A stretch of 64,000 bases of DNA, from the IMG/VR virus record IMGVR_UViG_648276708_000003; one strand, written 5' to 3'. This document shows positions 46,875 through 56,355 of this stretch, piece after piece; positions within the stretch are counted from its first letter, which is position 1; the number at the start of each line of letters is the position of its first letter. The notes below the pieces were generated by a model. The model ran no database searches. It had not been told where the DNA came from and saw only the letters and a program-made list of their open reading frames with translations. Origin of the DNA: a virus. The translations under genes and the position numbers were made by a program.

Positions 46875-47587
46875 ATAGCGGAAACTACGCTAAGGATTTA
46901 TCTAAAGCCCCGTCATTTGACGGGGTTTCTCATTGTATAATTCATGATTTCATTATTCCTGATGATACGACTATTTATCGTATTGTTGAGAAGGCTTATG
47001 TTGGTGCAGAGTACGGCTACGTTGCGGAAGTACATCAACTTGCATTTCACTCGCCGGACTTTATCGAAGATGAAATTGATAGGTTACGTGAGAATGATGA
47101 AAGTGAAGAAGAAGTAGTACGCCAGATCATCCAACTTGAAATGGAAGTTGTACAACCACACGTTGTGATTGCGCGATTCGCGTATGACCCTATCCAAATA
47201 CTGGACCCAAACCAGCAGCCGGTATCAGGCATACAGATCCGCGGCGCTTATGTAGCACCTCAGAGAGCGGGTGCCGGTTTAGCAGGCCAGATCTATCGCC
47301 AGTTGGTTCTAATTCATGGGCTTCTGGTCTGCGATAATGCTCAGACTGAGTATGGTGCTGCTTTGTGGGCTGGAACGATTCGGAACGTAGTAGGTAGGGT
47401 AGACATTTATGATTGTGCCAGGCAGCAGTACATTCAGGAACTTGGCGACAAGGGTATTGGCGTTAACGGTTTTATTCCGTGGGATCTAAATGCAGTCCAG
47501 CCGCATCAATTCCAATTGACGCGCTGGGTGCGATATAAATTTGAGATAAGAAGCTGCAGCCATATAGTTTTAGTAGTATCACGATAA
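46859..47587 (+). CDS. Divergent GNAT-fold protein
   Basis: GAYVAPQRAGAGLAGQIY..L..D..QT..GAALW. Confidence 0.65.
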   Translation: MAPTVNSGNYAKDLSKAPSFDGVSHCIIHDFIIPDDTTIYRIVEKAYVGAEYGYVAEVHQLAFHSPDFIEDEIDRLRENDESEEEVVRQIIQLEMEVVQPHVVIARFAYDPIQILDPNQQPVSGIQIRGAYVAPQRAGAGLAGQIYRQLVLIHGLLVCDNAQTEYGAALWAGTIRNVVGRVDIYDCARQQYIQELGDKGIGVNGFIPWDLNAVQPHQFQLTRWVRYKFEIRSCSHIVLVVSR

Positions 47588-47614
47588 TAAACCCGCTTCG
47601 GCGGGTTTATTTTT
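47588..47614. terminator. Bidirectional-type terminator
   Basis: AAACCCGC-TTCG-GCGGGTTT. Confidence 0.8.
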
Positions 47615-47647
47615 CCTGCCTGTTTCTGCCTGTCAACAATTTCAGCC

Positions 47648-48088
47648 CTACTGACTACAGTGAACGTTTTCACCTGTTTTCAGCTGTTCAATCCCTGCCC
47701 GCAGCGCGTCGCGTTCCTTCTCTGCGTCCACCAGCCGCTGTGAGAGCATCATCAGGCCGTTGTGGTGTGAGTACGCCGTCAGCTGGGCTTCTGCTTCCTC
47801 CAGCTGCGCCTGCTGCGCGCTCCACTGCTGCGCGTGCTTTCGCGTCACCGCCTCGATAAACATTTCCGCTGCAGCATCGGGATTGCCTTCAAACGCCACC
47901 CTGCCCTTATTCACTGTAAGCTGCGCCCGCGTGCCGTCTGTTGCGCAGAAAGTTACCACCAGCGGCGCCGGGGCGATCGGCAGAGAAAATGCCGCGCCGG
48001 CGATAAACGTCAATTCGCCGGCGTTGAATGTTTCGGGCAATGCGGCTGCATCGTTGGCAATGCTGTTTAAGTCGGTTGGTGTGGTCAT
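47648..48088 (-). CDS. Hypothetical phage protein with coiled-coil C-terminus
   Basis: GAGG RBS before ATG 48088. Confidence 0.65.
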   Translation of the reverse strand: MTTPTDLNSIANDAAALPETFNAGELTFIAGAAFSLPIAPAPLVVTFCATDGTRAQLTVNKGRVAFEGNPDAAAEMFIEAVTRKHAQQWSAQQAQLEEAEAQLTAYSHHNGLMMLSQRLVDAEKERDALRAGIEQLKTGENVHCSQ

Positions 48089-48427
48089 GCTGGTGGCCTC
48101 TGAGTCAGTGTGACGGCCAGGATAAGCGGTTTGTGATATGCGTAACGGTGTGATTTGTTCTCCGCCCTGTAAGCTGCTATCAGCAGACAGGCATGCACCT
48201 TTCTGCATATCAGATGGACTTCCCTGCGATACGACTTGCCTGCCCTGTGCAGGCTTTTTTATGCCTGTTTATGTGAGGTGGCGAGAAAGTTAGCTTTCTG
48301 AGGCTGGTTTATCGGGCTGACACAGCTACAGTTAATCCCGTTCTACAGAGAACCCCATAACCCACACGTTATGAGAAACCTCAATCAATCTCTTTGAGTC
48401 CGTTAGCCTGCCATGTGCAGGCTTTTT

Positions 48428-49072
48428 TTATGCGTAGTTCGTAGCAAGCTGATGAATCATGGCCAGTGCGCGAAGGTAATCTTTATCCCACAGCAGGTAA
48501 TCGTCTACGGGCACCTCTTCAGGCAAGGGGTGCCATTTATCCTCCCAGGCATTTGTGAGGCTGATTACATCAGGCAGCGAAGGTACCACGCCCAGTATTT
48601 TGTCCGCCTGGCGGATCGCAGACTTCAGAGCGTTTCTGGTGATCTGATCTGCAAATTTATTTCTGTTGGCGTGCCACTTTTCTCTGAGGTCTGTCACGGC
48701 AGTTGAATAGCCTATCCAGTCCCAATAGTAACCCTCCTGGGCTGGCCCATTGTTTGAATGTGAAAGCATATAGTCTTCCCAGATTTCAGGTGCAATGGGT
48801 GCTCCTTTAGCCATAGCCGCTAATGGATGTGCGGTCGGCGTAAAGAAAATATAGCCTTTACCTGCTTTATGCAGCGCAACCGTTACCTGATTGAGAGAGC
48901 AGATTACATTTGCGAATGCCTGGTCTTCACCACTTTCACTAAAAGCGTATTGCTCGATGTGAGGGTGAGCGACAATTTTTGATACCTCCACGCCCTCCCC
49001 AAATAAGTTTTTCTGGATCTCTTCAAGGTCGATGATGAGGTGGCGGTCGCGGCGATTTGGCTTGTCTGTCAT
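48428..49072 (-). CDS. Hypothetical protein
   Basis: ATG 49072; lower GC. Confidence 0.65.
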   Translation of the reverse strand: MTDKPNRRDRHLIIDLEEIQKNLFGEGVEVSKIVAHPHIEQYAFSESGEDQAFANVICSLNQVTVALHKAGKGYIFFTPTAHPLAAMAKGAPIAPEIWEDYMLSHSNNGPAQEGYYWDWIGYSTAVTDLREKWHANRNKFADQITRNALKSAIRQADKILGVVPSLPDVISLTNAWEDKWHPLPEEVPVDDYLLWDKDYLRALAMIHQLATNYA

Positions 49073-49297
49073 GTGTAAATTTTTGATAAGCAATAAGTCC
49101 GGACACCTTAACAGGCAGGTAAGCACTTCGCCATTAAAATCTATATATCTAATTGATTTATATCACTTTTGCAAAGTTGGCTTTGCATGGATCGATCAGT
49201 TAACTGTACACGGCCATGCAGGGAATGGAGGGGCTTATGCTGGTGGGATTGTAAGGCAATTAAAAGCCCGCGTGATGCGGGCTGTTAGTATTGCGGG

Positions 49298-50374
49298 CTA
49301 TGCGTCGTTACCTGCGGTACGGAGCGCTTTCTCTCTGCGTCGGCGCGCAATCTTCTGTCCGATTGGCTCAATATAGCGGTAGCTGAGCCAGCCCAGCAGC
49401 AGCGCCAGCAGGACGTTACAAACAAAGAACGTCATGCCCTGGTCCGTGAATGCTTTGGCTAACCGCGCTTTGGTCACGATATGGATCAGATACACAGAGA
49501 AAGAAATGTCGCCCAGGAATACCAGCCAGCGCGGCGTGATGCGCCCTAACCAGCTGTCGTTGAATGCCACAGCGGCCAGCAGCAGTGCCAGTACGGTACC
49601 GGACGCCATCATGCCATGCCCTATATTCTGGTGGCTGATAATGTGCTGCACAAACAGGGCAACTGCAGCCAGCAGGAACGGCACCCGCATAGCAACCGGC
49701 AGGCGCGCCATGTGCGGGTAAACCAGACCAATCAGAACGCCTGCAGCGAACTGCCAGATAATCGGGTTCGTCATCAGGTTCAGGTAGGCGTAGCCCATAT
49801 CATATCCGCTCACCTGCAGCGTCGGCTGGTGGCCTGCTGCCATCGGCACTGCCACCAGCACCGCGCCCAGCATTGCGGCCAGCGCCGCCCAGCGTGCGCG
49901 TACCAGCAGGCAAACAGCCATCATCAGGTAAAACAGAAACTCGTAATTGAGCGTCCAGCGCACGCCCATAAATCCGTTGTCGTCCACGTAAAACGGCGCG
50001 TGCTGCGGCAGGTAAACGGATAGCGTCGCCGCGCTAATCACCGCCTGCGTCTTTTCAGCATAGTGAAACGTCGCCATTCCACCGCTTAAGAAAAAGTTGA
50101 TCAGCAGCAGAATGAAGTAGGCGGGCAGCAGGCGCAGCGCCCGACGCTTCAGAAAGTCGCCTGCTGCAGCGAATCCAGTACCCATGCGCGATACAGAGAG
50201 TGTGATAACAAAGCCACTGAGGATGAAAAACAGATCCACGCCAACAACACCGGTTGAAAGCAGATTGGCTAATGCCGGGTACTGCTCCTGTATCTGGTAG
50301 CGGAAATGAAAGGTAACGACGGCGAGGCAGGCAAGCCCACGCAGCGCCTGAATAGATTTGAGTTGTTGTGTCAT
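49298..50374 (-). CDS. Acyltransferase family 3 (OafA-like O-acetyltransferase)
   Basis: IQALRGLA...V..H, GVDLFFILSGFV, F.KRRA.R..P, WTL.YE..FY, LG.ISFS.YLIH; about 10 TM helices. Confidence 0.92.
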   Translation of the reverse strand: MTQQLKSIQALRGLACLAVVTFHFRYQIQEQYPALANLLSTGVVGVDLFFILSGFVITLSVSRMGTGFAAAGDFLKRRALRLLPAYFILLLINFFLSGGMATFHYAEKTQAVISAATLSVYLPQHAPFYVDDNGFMGVRWTLNYEFLFYLMMAVCLLVRARWAALAAMLGAVLVAVPMAAGHQPTLQVSGYDMGYAYLNLMTNPIIWQFAAGVLIGLVYPHMARLPVAMRVPFLLAAVALFVQHIISHQNIGHGMMASGTVLALLLAAVAFNDSWLGRITPRWLVFLGDISFSVYLIHIVTKARLAKAFTDQGMTFFVCNVLLALLLGWLSYRYIEPIGQKIARRRREKALRTAGNDA

Positions 50375-50552
50375 AAGTCCGTTTTAAAATCGTCAAAATA
50401 TTGTAAAGAGGCGCATTCTAGGGATGCTGGCAGCTGAGGGCAACCACCAGGCAGGCGCGGTGAACGTCTGCTTTAACTGGATCTGTTATTCCTCCGGGCT
50501 TGTGGCCCCGGTCCTGTCCGGAATTACCAGCTTATCCACCAGCCGCGTCAGA

Positions 50553-50996
50553 TTAAGCGCTGGCAACGTTATCGCGTAAAAACGTGTCGCCGCATTTACT
50601 GCAATACCACTGCCTGTTGTAGTTCTCACGCGCCCTGCGGCGGTTATGCCGGTTAAGGTGAGCCGCCAGCGCGGTTATCAGTAATGCGACGATTGCTCCA
50701 GCAATTACCGATCCCAGTACTGTAGTCGCCGGTATATCGAGTATCAGCCAGGCAGACAGGGGGAACGTGGCAACAAACGTAAGCACCTCCAGTTTTCGGC
50801 CGACTGGCGCATTACGCGAAGCAGCAATCGACTGACGTGTTGATTTGCCCTGCCGCCTGCTCCCGCCCGATCCGCGATTTGATATCCATCCCGTGTGGCT
50901 GACGTTGCGCGTGTTTGAGGTTCCCTGCTCATAGACCGCCCTACTGCTCTTGACGCTTCCCGATCCGCAGTGCGGGCATTTAATCCTGATTTCCAT
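50553..50996 (-). CDS. Membrane protein with split Zn ribbon
   Basis: CPHCGS at N-terminus, CSKCG at C-terminus, two TM helices between. Confidence 0.7.
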   Translation of the reverse strand: MEIRIKCPHCGSGSVKSSRAVYEQGTSNTRNVSHTGWISNRGSGGSRRQGKSTRQSIAASRNAPVGRKLEVLTFVATFPLSAWLILDIPATTVLGSVIAGAIVALLITALAAHLNRHNRRRARENYNRQWYCSKCGDTFLRDNVASA

Positions 50997-51071
50997 TTTC
51001 TGCCGTTCTGAATTGCTTGAAATGATAACCGGCCACCAACCGGATAGCTGGTGGTCAGTCAGTGAGAAGTG

Positions 51072-51434
51072 TTAACGCCACTTTGGCAGGCCCAGCTGGT
51101 CGAACTCAACATAGAGCGGGATCCCGGTCGTGTGCCGGTGGCCCACCAGCGACTCCCGGCGCTCCGGTATCTCGTCTACTTCCACGGCGTTTTTGTAGAG
51201 ATACACCGCCTCTTCCGGGTCTTTGAAGCACCAGCGATACTGATACACGTCCGTTGGCGTGATCCCCATGCAGACGCTGAGCGTATACAGAAGACGCAGA
51301 AGTCCTGTCCAGCTGCCGTCCGGCAATTTGCGGGCATGGATGATGCCGCATTTAGTGGTGAGATAGTCGTGAACTTCACTGTCCGGCCAGCCCTCGAATG
51401 AGAGCCAGCCGTATTTACTTAGCCTGTCGTCCAT
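51072..51434 (-). CDS. Hypothetical phage protein
   Basis: 120 aa in coupled operon. Confidence 0.65.
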   Translation of the reverse strand: MDDRLSKYGWLSFEGWPDSEVHDYLTTKCGIIHARKLPDGSWTGLLRLLYTLSVCMGITPTDVYQYRWCFKDPEEAVYLYKNAVEVDEIPERRESLVGHRHTTGIPLYVEFDQLGLPKWR

Positions 51435-51742
51435 CAGCGCCCGGATGCCAGATTTTTGCTGTTGGCCAGCACGGAGGTTTTCGACGGCTTGCGCATGATG
51501 TAGGTCGGAAACTCAATGCTTGCCGCCTTATCGTGAAACAGCGCCATAGTGCGCGCCTCTGCGCCACCACAAGCAGCGATCTCAACATTTCCAGCCAGTT
51601 GCCCGTAAATTTCGCCAAACTGCTCTGCAAGTGCCTGAGCGACGCTGTAGCAGGCAGGGTCCAAATCGGTACTGCCATCAGGCTGCTGCTCCATTTTGAA
51701 GCCGTGCGCCAGAAACAGCGCCCTGATTTCCTGTTTAATCAC
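51434..51742 (-). CDS. Hypothetical phage protein
   Basis: GTG 51742 with AGGA; IRALFLAHGF..Q..G..DL motif. Confidence 0.55.
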   Translation of the reverse strand: MIKQEIRALFLAHGFKMEQQPDGSTDLDPACYSVAQALAEQFGEIYGQLAGNVEIAACGGAEARTMALFHDKAASIEFPTYIMRKPSKTSVLANSKNLASGR

Positions 51743-51773
51743 TGGTGTTCTTATCCTGTTGCTGGCACGCAGG

Positions 51774-52247
51774 TTAATTATCCCACTCGTTACGAAAGCG
51801 GCTCTCTTCCCTGGTTGGTGTGCAGGGAATAGCTTCCTCATAACTCTGGATAGCCATCTGCGCACCGAGTTTGTCTAAATGCTTAATTTCATCAGCCCAA
51901 AAGAATCCAGCCTGTGACTCTTCGCCGGTATATCGGGGAACCTTAATGCCAACACTTCCTATGCTGGCTTCTTGCATCCGCCACGACTCATCACGACGGT
52001 TGTAAATTCTGAAACACGTATCGGTCCCTGCTGAGTTTCCAGATTGCCGCAACTGGTCATCGGCTGACTGGCAAACAGCGTCGAGGTGATGCTGTATCCA
52101 TTCTGACAGTTTCATCCCTTCCCGCTGCGCCTGCGCGACATAGCGGTTTTTAACATCGGGAATGACGCGCATCTGAATCTGAGCCGTCGCGGGGGCGGCT
52201 CCTTTAACTGAATTTAAAGCCCGTGGATCGCGTGCTTTATCGGTCAT
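51774..52247 (-). CDS. Ribbon-helix-helix-like DNA-binding protein
   Basis: IQMRV.PDVK.RY..QA.REG..LSEWI. Confidence 0.6.
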   Translation of the reverse strand: MTDKARDPRALNSVKGAAPATAQIQMRVIPDVKNRYVAQAQREGMKLSEWIQHHLDAVCQSADDQLRQSGNSAGTDTCFRIYNRRDESWRMQEASIGSVGIKVPRYTGEESQAGFFWADEIKHLDKLGAQMAIQSYEEAIPCTPTREESRFRNEWDN

Positions 52248-52249
52248 GA

Positions 52250-52930
52250 TTAGCCTCGATTAGTCGCCCCTTCTGCCGGGGTGTATTGTTGATAGACGTC
52301 AGTGAAATACTCATTACAGAATCCCAGCGCGCAATCCATTTCCTGTAACACCGTCAGCGCATCAAGTGGGCTTCCGTCATATTCAAACAGTGAGAACTCA
52401 TACGGCAGCGTAAACCGGGCTGCCGTGATGTACACCATAAACGGCAGGTTATACTCTTCGGCCTTTTCGCCCATGATCATTGTCCACTCAAACGCGAACT
52501 GATATTCGCCTTCTGTGTCTGTCATGGTGGCAGTGCCGGTAACGGTATCTTTAGTCTGTGCAGTTACCACGATCTGCTGAGGGTCCCACCAGTCCAGCTC
52601 AAACATATTGCTGAGCGTCATTCTGTGCGCCGGTGCAGTACCCGGACGCCAGCCTGATTTGAGAATGAAGTCGATGTGATCGCGGTCGGCCAAGTTGATC
52701 TCTTCAAATGTGTGTTCATCACCAATGTAACCAAAGCAGATGTGATTACGCAGCCAGACAACGGTCGCCAGGTCTGTGCAGCTGGTGGCCACCAGCTCGT
52801 AATTGGTTTTGATATCTGCGTAGGCTTCCGCCTCGTTAAAGTCAGGCTGCTGACTCTGTTTAATTACGCCGGTCAGGGTGTAAGACATGTGCTGGAGCGC
52901 AGCGGTGGCAGTCATTGGAGAGGTATTCAT
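52250..52930 (-). CDS. Hypothetical protein
   Basis: 226 aa, first gene of leftward operon. Confidence 0.7.
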   Translation of the reverse strand: MNTSPMTATAALQHMSYTLTGVIKQSQQPDFNEAEAYADIKTNYELVATSCTDLATVVWLRNHICFGYIGDEHTFEEINLADRDHIDFILKSGWRPGTAPAHRMTLSNMFELDWWDPQQIVVTAQTKDTVTGTATMTDTEGEYQFAFEWTMIMGEKAEEYNLPFMVYITAARFTLPYEFSLFEYDGSPLDALTVLQEMDCALGFCNEYFTDVYQQYTPAEGATNRG

Positions 52931-53156
52931 TGCATAGTTCCTTAATGCCTGGAGCCGCCAGGGCGGTGACGCCTGAGTAACGCCATGAGATGAAATATAC
53001 AGGTGGTGATTTTGATTGTCAATACAAGCAAAAAGACATATTATCTTTTGACCGATAGACGATAAATTAATGCCTCATTGGGGAAGGGTTTTTGTATGTA
53101 GCAGATATAGCATGTAGTAAAATCTAAGCATCTTATCCGTAAAGGAAGACAATGAA

Positions 53157-53621
53157 ATGGCAATAAATTTTGCTCCAAAAGTGGGCCAAATCCTTACCTG
53201 TAATTATGGAAATTATTTGAAAGATGAAAATGGGGATATCATTACAAATGCTGTCGATGCGCATATCCCACCGGAAATGATAAAATATCGGCTTGTAGTC
53301 GTTCTAAATGGTCGTCTTAATGGTAATGCTTGTATAGTGGTTCCAATCAGTACAACAAAGGATCAGTCTAAGCTGATACAGGGCCTTCACGTTGAATTGG
53401 AAGAAGGTATTATCAACGAAGCAAAATATTTCCCGCAAACTACAAGCTGGGTTAAGTGTGACATGATACAGACGGTCAGCAACATTCGCCTGAATCGCCC
53501 TATGGATTTAGGTAGAGGATGGGTTACTCAAACATTGTCACGCGAAATTGTCACCAAACTGCAAAAGGCTGTTATCAAAGCAATCAATGCAACGGCTTTG
53601 ACCCAACCACAAGCTATCTAA
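53157..53621 (+). CDS. PemK/MazF-family (YifN-like) toxin, no adjacent cognate antitoxin
   Basis: P..GQIL.C.Y, PPEM.K.R.VVVL, C.VVPIST, W.KCDMIQTVS..RL. Confidence 0.8.
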   Translation: MAINFAPKVGQILTCNYGNYLKDENGDIITNAVDAHIPPEMIKYRLVVVLNGRLNGNACIVVPISTTKDQSKLIQGLHVELEEGIINEAKYFPQTTSWVKCDMIQTVSNIRLNRPMDLGRGWVTQTLSREIVTKLQKAVIKAINATALTQPQAI

Positions 53622-53861
53622 GAACCAAGTGAGCTCTCCTGGAAGAGCTGCCACTATGTGACTTTCCAGTATTGACATAAATCTGTTTTCAGATAAGATA
53701 TCAGTGTTGCCCATAGAGGCCATTCAGATTTTCTCCCCTTGAGGGACCGCGAAGCCCAGCTGAAAAGCTGGGCTTCTGCACATCAGTAGCTTCGTAAAAT
53801 CATGCAATTCCGTAACGTCATCCGCTGATGCACTAATGAATAATTAGGAGGAAGTGCGATT

Positions 53862-54038
53862 ATGCTGAGATACACCCTACCGATTGAAGACGAAGCAGAG
53901 TTTCTTGCTTACCTTGAAAATAATATCAGTACACATTCAGAGAACATTATCCCGGTATCTGTAGCTTACTGGGAAAGGATTAAGGCGTTAACTGCTGGTG
54001 TGGAAGTCGATTTAGACGCTCCACTGACTGACGACTGA
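53862..54038 (+). CDS. PrlF/SohA antitoxin C-terminal-domain-like peptide (58 aa)
   Basis: AEFLAYLE..I......WERIKALTAGVEVDLDAPL.DD; AGGAGG RBS; no AbrB domain. Confidence 0.6.
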   Translation: MLRYTLPIEDEAEFLAYLENNISTHSENIIPVSVAYWERIKALTAGVEVDLDAPLTDD

Positions 54039-54059
54039 CAGCACGTAAGGTGGCTTAAC

Positions 54060-54227
54060 ATGGCAACACTGAAAGAATTGATGGACGGACTTTCACCCGA
54101 AGCCCGTGAGAGAGTTGAAGCCCGTGCGGCTGAACTCAGTAAAGAAATTGCAGAGCATGAAACTGATGAAATGCGCCAGCTCAAAGAGTCTTATGACCTG
54201 GCGGAACGTTCAGGCACTAAGCATTAA
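54060..54227 (+). CDS. HigA-type antitoxin N-terminal-segment-like peptide (55 aa)
   Basis: MATLKELMDGLSPEARERVEARAAEL; no HTH follows. Confidence 0.55.
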   Translation: MATLKELMDGLSPEARERVEARAAELSKEIAEHETDEMRQLKESYDLAERSGTKH

Positions 54228-54245
54228 CGCAAAGTGCTTCGGCAG

Positions 54246-54533
54246 TCAGGATACCTGAATTAGCTGTTTCACCTCACTAATCGTCTCTTCGGCCCAGTCA
54301 CGATCGAAACCCGGCATAGTGTCAAATGCACCAGCTATATCAGCCGGAATTGGGTCGATATACTCCAGCCCCGCCTTTGCCACCTCCACCAGCTCCGAAC
54401 CGGACCGGCGTAGTGCCAGCAGCTCTCTGGCCATCATCTGCGCCAGCGCGTGATTGGGCGCAAACACCAGGTTGTTTTGCGGTTCAGCGGCGAATATTTC
54501 CAGCTCTTTATCCGTCACGCGATCGTTGATCAT
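54246..54533 (-). CDS. Ead/Ea22-like hypothetical protein
   Basis: VTD.ELE, MARELLALR motif. Confidence 0.65.
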   Translation of the reverse strand: MINDRVTDKELEIFAAEPQNNLVFAPNHALAQMMARELLALRRSGSELVEVAKAGLEYIDPIPADIAGAFDTMPGFDRDWAEETISEVKQLIQVS

Positions 54534-54543
54534 TGCGCTTTCC

Positions 54544-54897
54544 TCAGCTCTCAGTGGCGATCATGTTTATTGCGGGCTCAAAGTCTGCAGGCACGGTATG
54601 CCCTTCTATGAATGCCAGGCGCATAGCGATGTTATGACGGCCGCGGGACAGCAAAAACGCCACAGCGCCGGCGCAGTGCGCCTCCTTCCCGGACGGGCTG
54701 TAACCCCCGCCGTCTTCGTCCTCTTCTTCGCCAGTGTGGTGCGTCGTTTTGTGGCAGTAGAACGATGAGTAGTCGTCTCGCAACAGGTGCGCTTTGATGC
54801 CCTCAAGACGTCCGGGATTCAGCTCGATGCCACCAGCTTTCAGGAACGGACAGTTAGCGCATGGCGCTTTGAGGCGGAAGAATTTGCGCAGGTTCAT
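54544..54897 (-). CDS. Cys-rich hypothetical protein
   Basis: PCANCPF, F.CHKT, HCAGA. Confidence 0.75.
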   Translation of the reverse strand: MNLRKFFRLKAPCANCPFLKAGGIELNPGRLEGIKAHLLRDDYSSFYCHKTTHHTGEEEDEDGGGYSPSGKEAHCAGAVAFLLSRGRHNIAMRLAFIEGHTVPADFEPAINMIATES

Positions 54898-55373
54898 TGC
54901 TGCTCTCCGTCTTTGATGAAGGTAAACCAGTGCGTTAAACCACGCTTCCCGCTGATGTGGCCAAACAGGGGTTTCTGGTCAGTCAGCGCCAGAATGTCCC
55001 GCGCCCGGATCTGCGTTTCATTCCATTTAAAAATCAGCAGGCCGTTCGGGCGCAGCACGCGGAAGGCCTCAGTAAAACCGGCGCGCAGATCATTGCGCCA
55101 TGTCCCGCGATTGAGCACTCCATACTTGAGCCGTTGCCACCCCTTTTCGCCTGCCCGCTCCAGGTGCGGCGGGTCAAAGGCAATCACGTAAAAAGAGTTA
55201 TCCGGGAATGGCAAGGATCGGAAGTCGGCAATCACGTCCGGGCTAATGACAAGCTCCCGGTCGGGCAGCTGGTGGGTCTCTTCCCGGATATCGGAATACA
55301 GCACGCGGGGATCGGCTTTATCGAACCACATCATGCGTGGGCCACAGCACATGTCTAATACGGCCTTATCCAT
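54894..55373 (-). CDS. SAM-dependent methyltransferase (phage type)
   Basis: VLDMCCG.RMMWFDK, FDPPHL, F.E..RVL.P.G.LIFKWNETQI; ATG 55373. Confidence 0.85.
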   Translation of the reverse strand: MDKAVLDMCCGPRMMWFDKADPRVLYSDIREETHQLPDRELVISPDVIADFRSLPFPDNSFYVIAFDPPHLERAGEKGWQRLKYGVLNRGTWRNDLRAGFTEAFRVLRPNGLLIFKWNETQIRARDILALTDQKPLFGHISGKRGLTHWFTFIKDGEQQ

Positions 55374-56010
55374 GCGTACGCGCTCCCGCACACTGCCAGT
55401 CAGCACAGCCTTCAAAGACATACGGATTGAGTTGCCAGTGAATGCGCCCACAGTCCGGGCAATTGAGGCGCGTCTTTCCTGTGCCTGGCTCGCGGCGGCG
55501 GGAGCGGCTGATGTGCGCCGGTACTCGCAGACCAGCACCCTGCACCATGCGGCGATGATCCAGCATGGCAATGGGGAACGTGCGGCGCTTTACTGCGTCA
55601 GCCGTGGCGAACGGTAGCCAAACCAGCTCGGCCGTATCGCCCGGTCTATCGAAAATGGTCGCTTGTGTGAAGTCGGTCGTTGGCAGGCCGCCGTTGCGGA
55701 GCCAGTACAGGTCATTGCCGTCCCAGCGCCCTTTCTGAAATGCAACGTACTTACTGCAATCAGGAGTAATGACCGACTCACCGGGTACGTGCTGGTGGTC
55801 AACGTGTACGACGGCCAGCGCATCCACGCTGTCAGCGCAAACGGGTTGATCGATAACCCGGCCTGTATTCCAGCGGCTCTGTGCTTCTGCCAGGGTATAG
55901 ACGTGTGCTTTTTCGATATTGGTGTTATAGCCGTGACCATTCTGGCACCAGAAAGAGGCATTACTACCTACCGTATCTCTGGTACAGATCATGTAAAAGC
56001 GGTCAGTCAT
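55366..56010 (-). CDS. Hypothetical phage protein with C-terminal CxxC
   Basis: VG.N..FW..NG.GY.T.I.KAH.YT. Confidence 0.75.
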   Translation of the reverse strand: MTDRFYMICTRDTVGSNASFWCQNGHGYNTNIEKAHVYTLAEAQSRWNTGRVIDQPVCADSVDALAVVHVDHQHVPGESVITPDCSKYVAFQKGRWDGNDLYWLRNGGLPTTDFTQATIFDRPGDTAELVWLPFATADAVKRRTFPIAMLDHRRMVQGAGLRVPAHISRSRRREPGTGKTRLNCPDCGRIHWQLNPYVFEGCADWQCAGARTHG

Positions 56011-56186
56011 CAGGCATCACCACTTTCGCGGCTAAAGGCAATTACTACATGGCTTACTGCCTCCACAACGGCAGAAAACTGCGCCTTATTAACGCTGGTA
56101 CCGGGATGGATACTTGCTATTTCAGCGAGTAAAGCACTGATGAGTAACGGCTGGCTCAGATTGAGGGGTTTAGCTGTGCCGGTCAT
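56010..56186 (-). CDS. Small hypothetical protein
   Basis: CTGGA RBS before ATG 56186. Confidence 0.55.
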   Translation of the reverse strand: MTGTAKPLNLSQPLLISALLAEIASIHPGTSVNKAQFSAVVEAVSHVVIAFSRESGDA

Positions 56187-56228
56187 GCGTAATATTCCAG
56201 TGGTTAATTTCAACCATTAGTTTATTAC

Positions 56229-56248
56229 ATTCTAAAGATTATTTAAAT
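56229..56248 (+). promoter_or_regulatory. Candidate C1-like operator
   Basis: ATTCTAA-AGATTATT-TAAAT. Confidence 0.5.
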
Positions 56249-56355
56249 TTAATGTTAACCATCATTTTGACAGACAAAACAGAGACCCGCTGGCCTGAAC
56301 TGCAGCCAGCAGGGCATCAGATAAGCATAAATTTAAAACGGGACGTATAGGGGGA

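Noticed and set aside
53121-53140. C1-like operator upstream of the PemK-like gene
   Set aside because: Only the AATCTAA half matches
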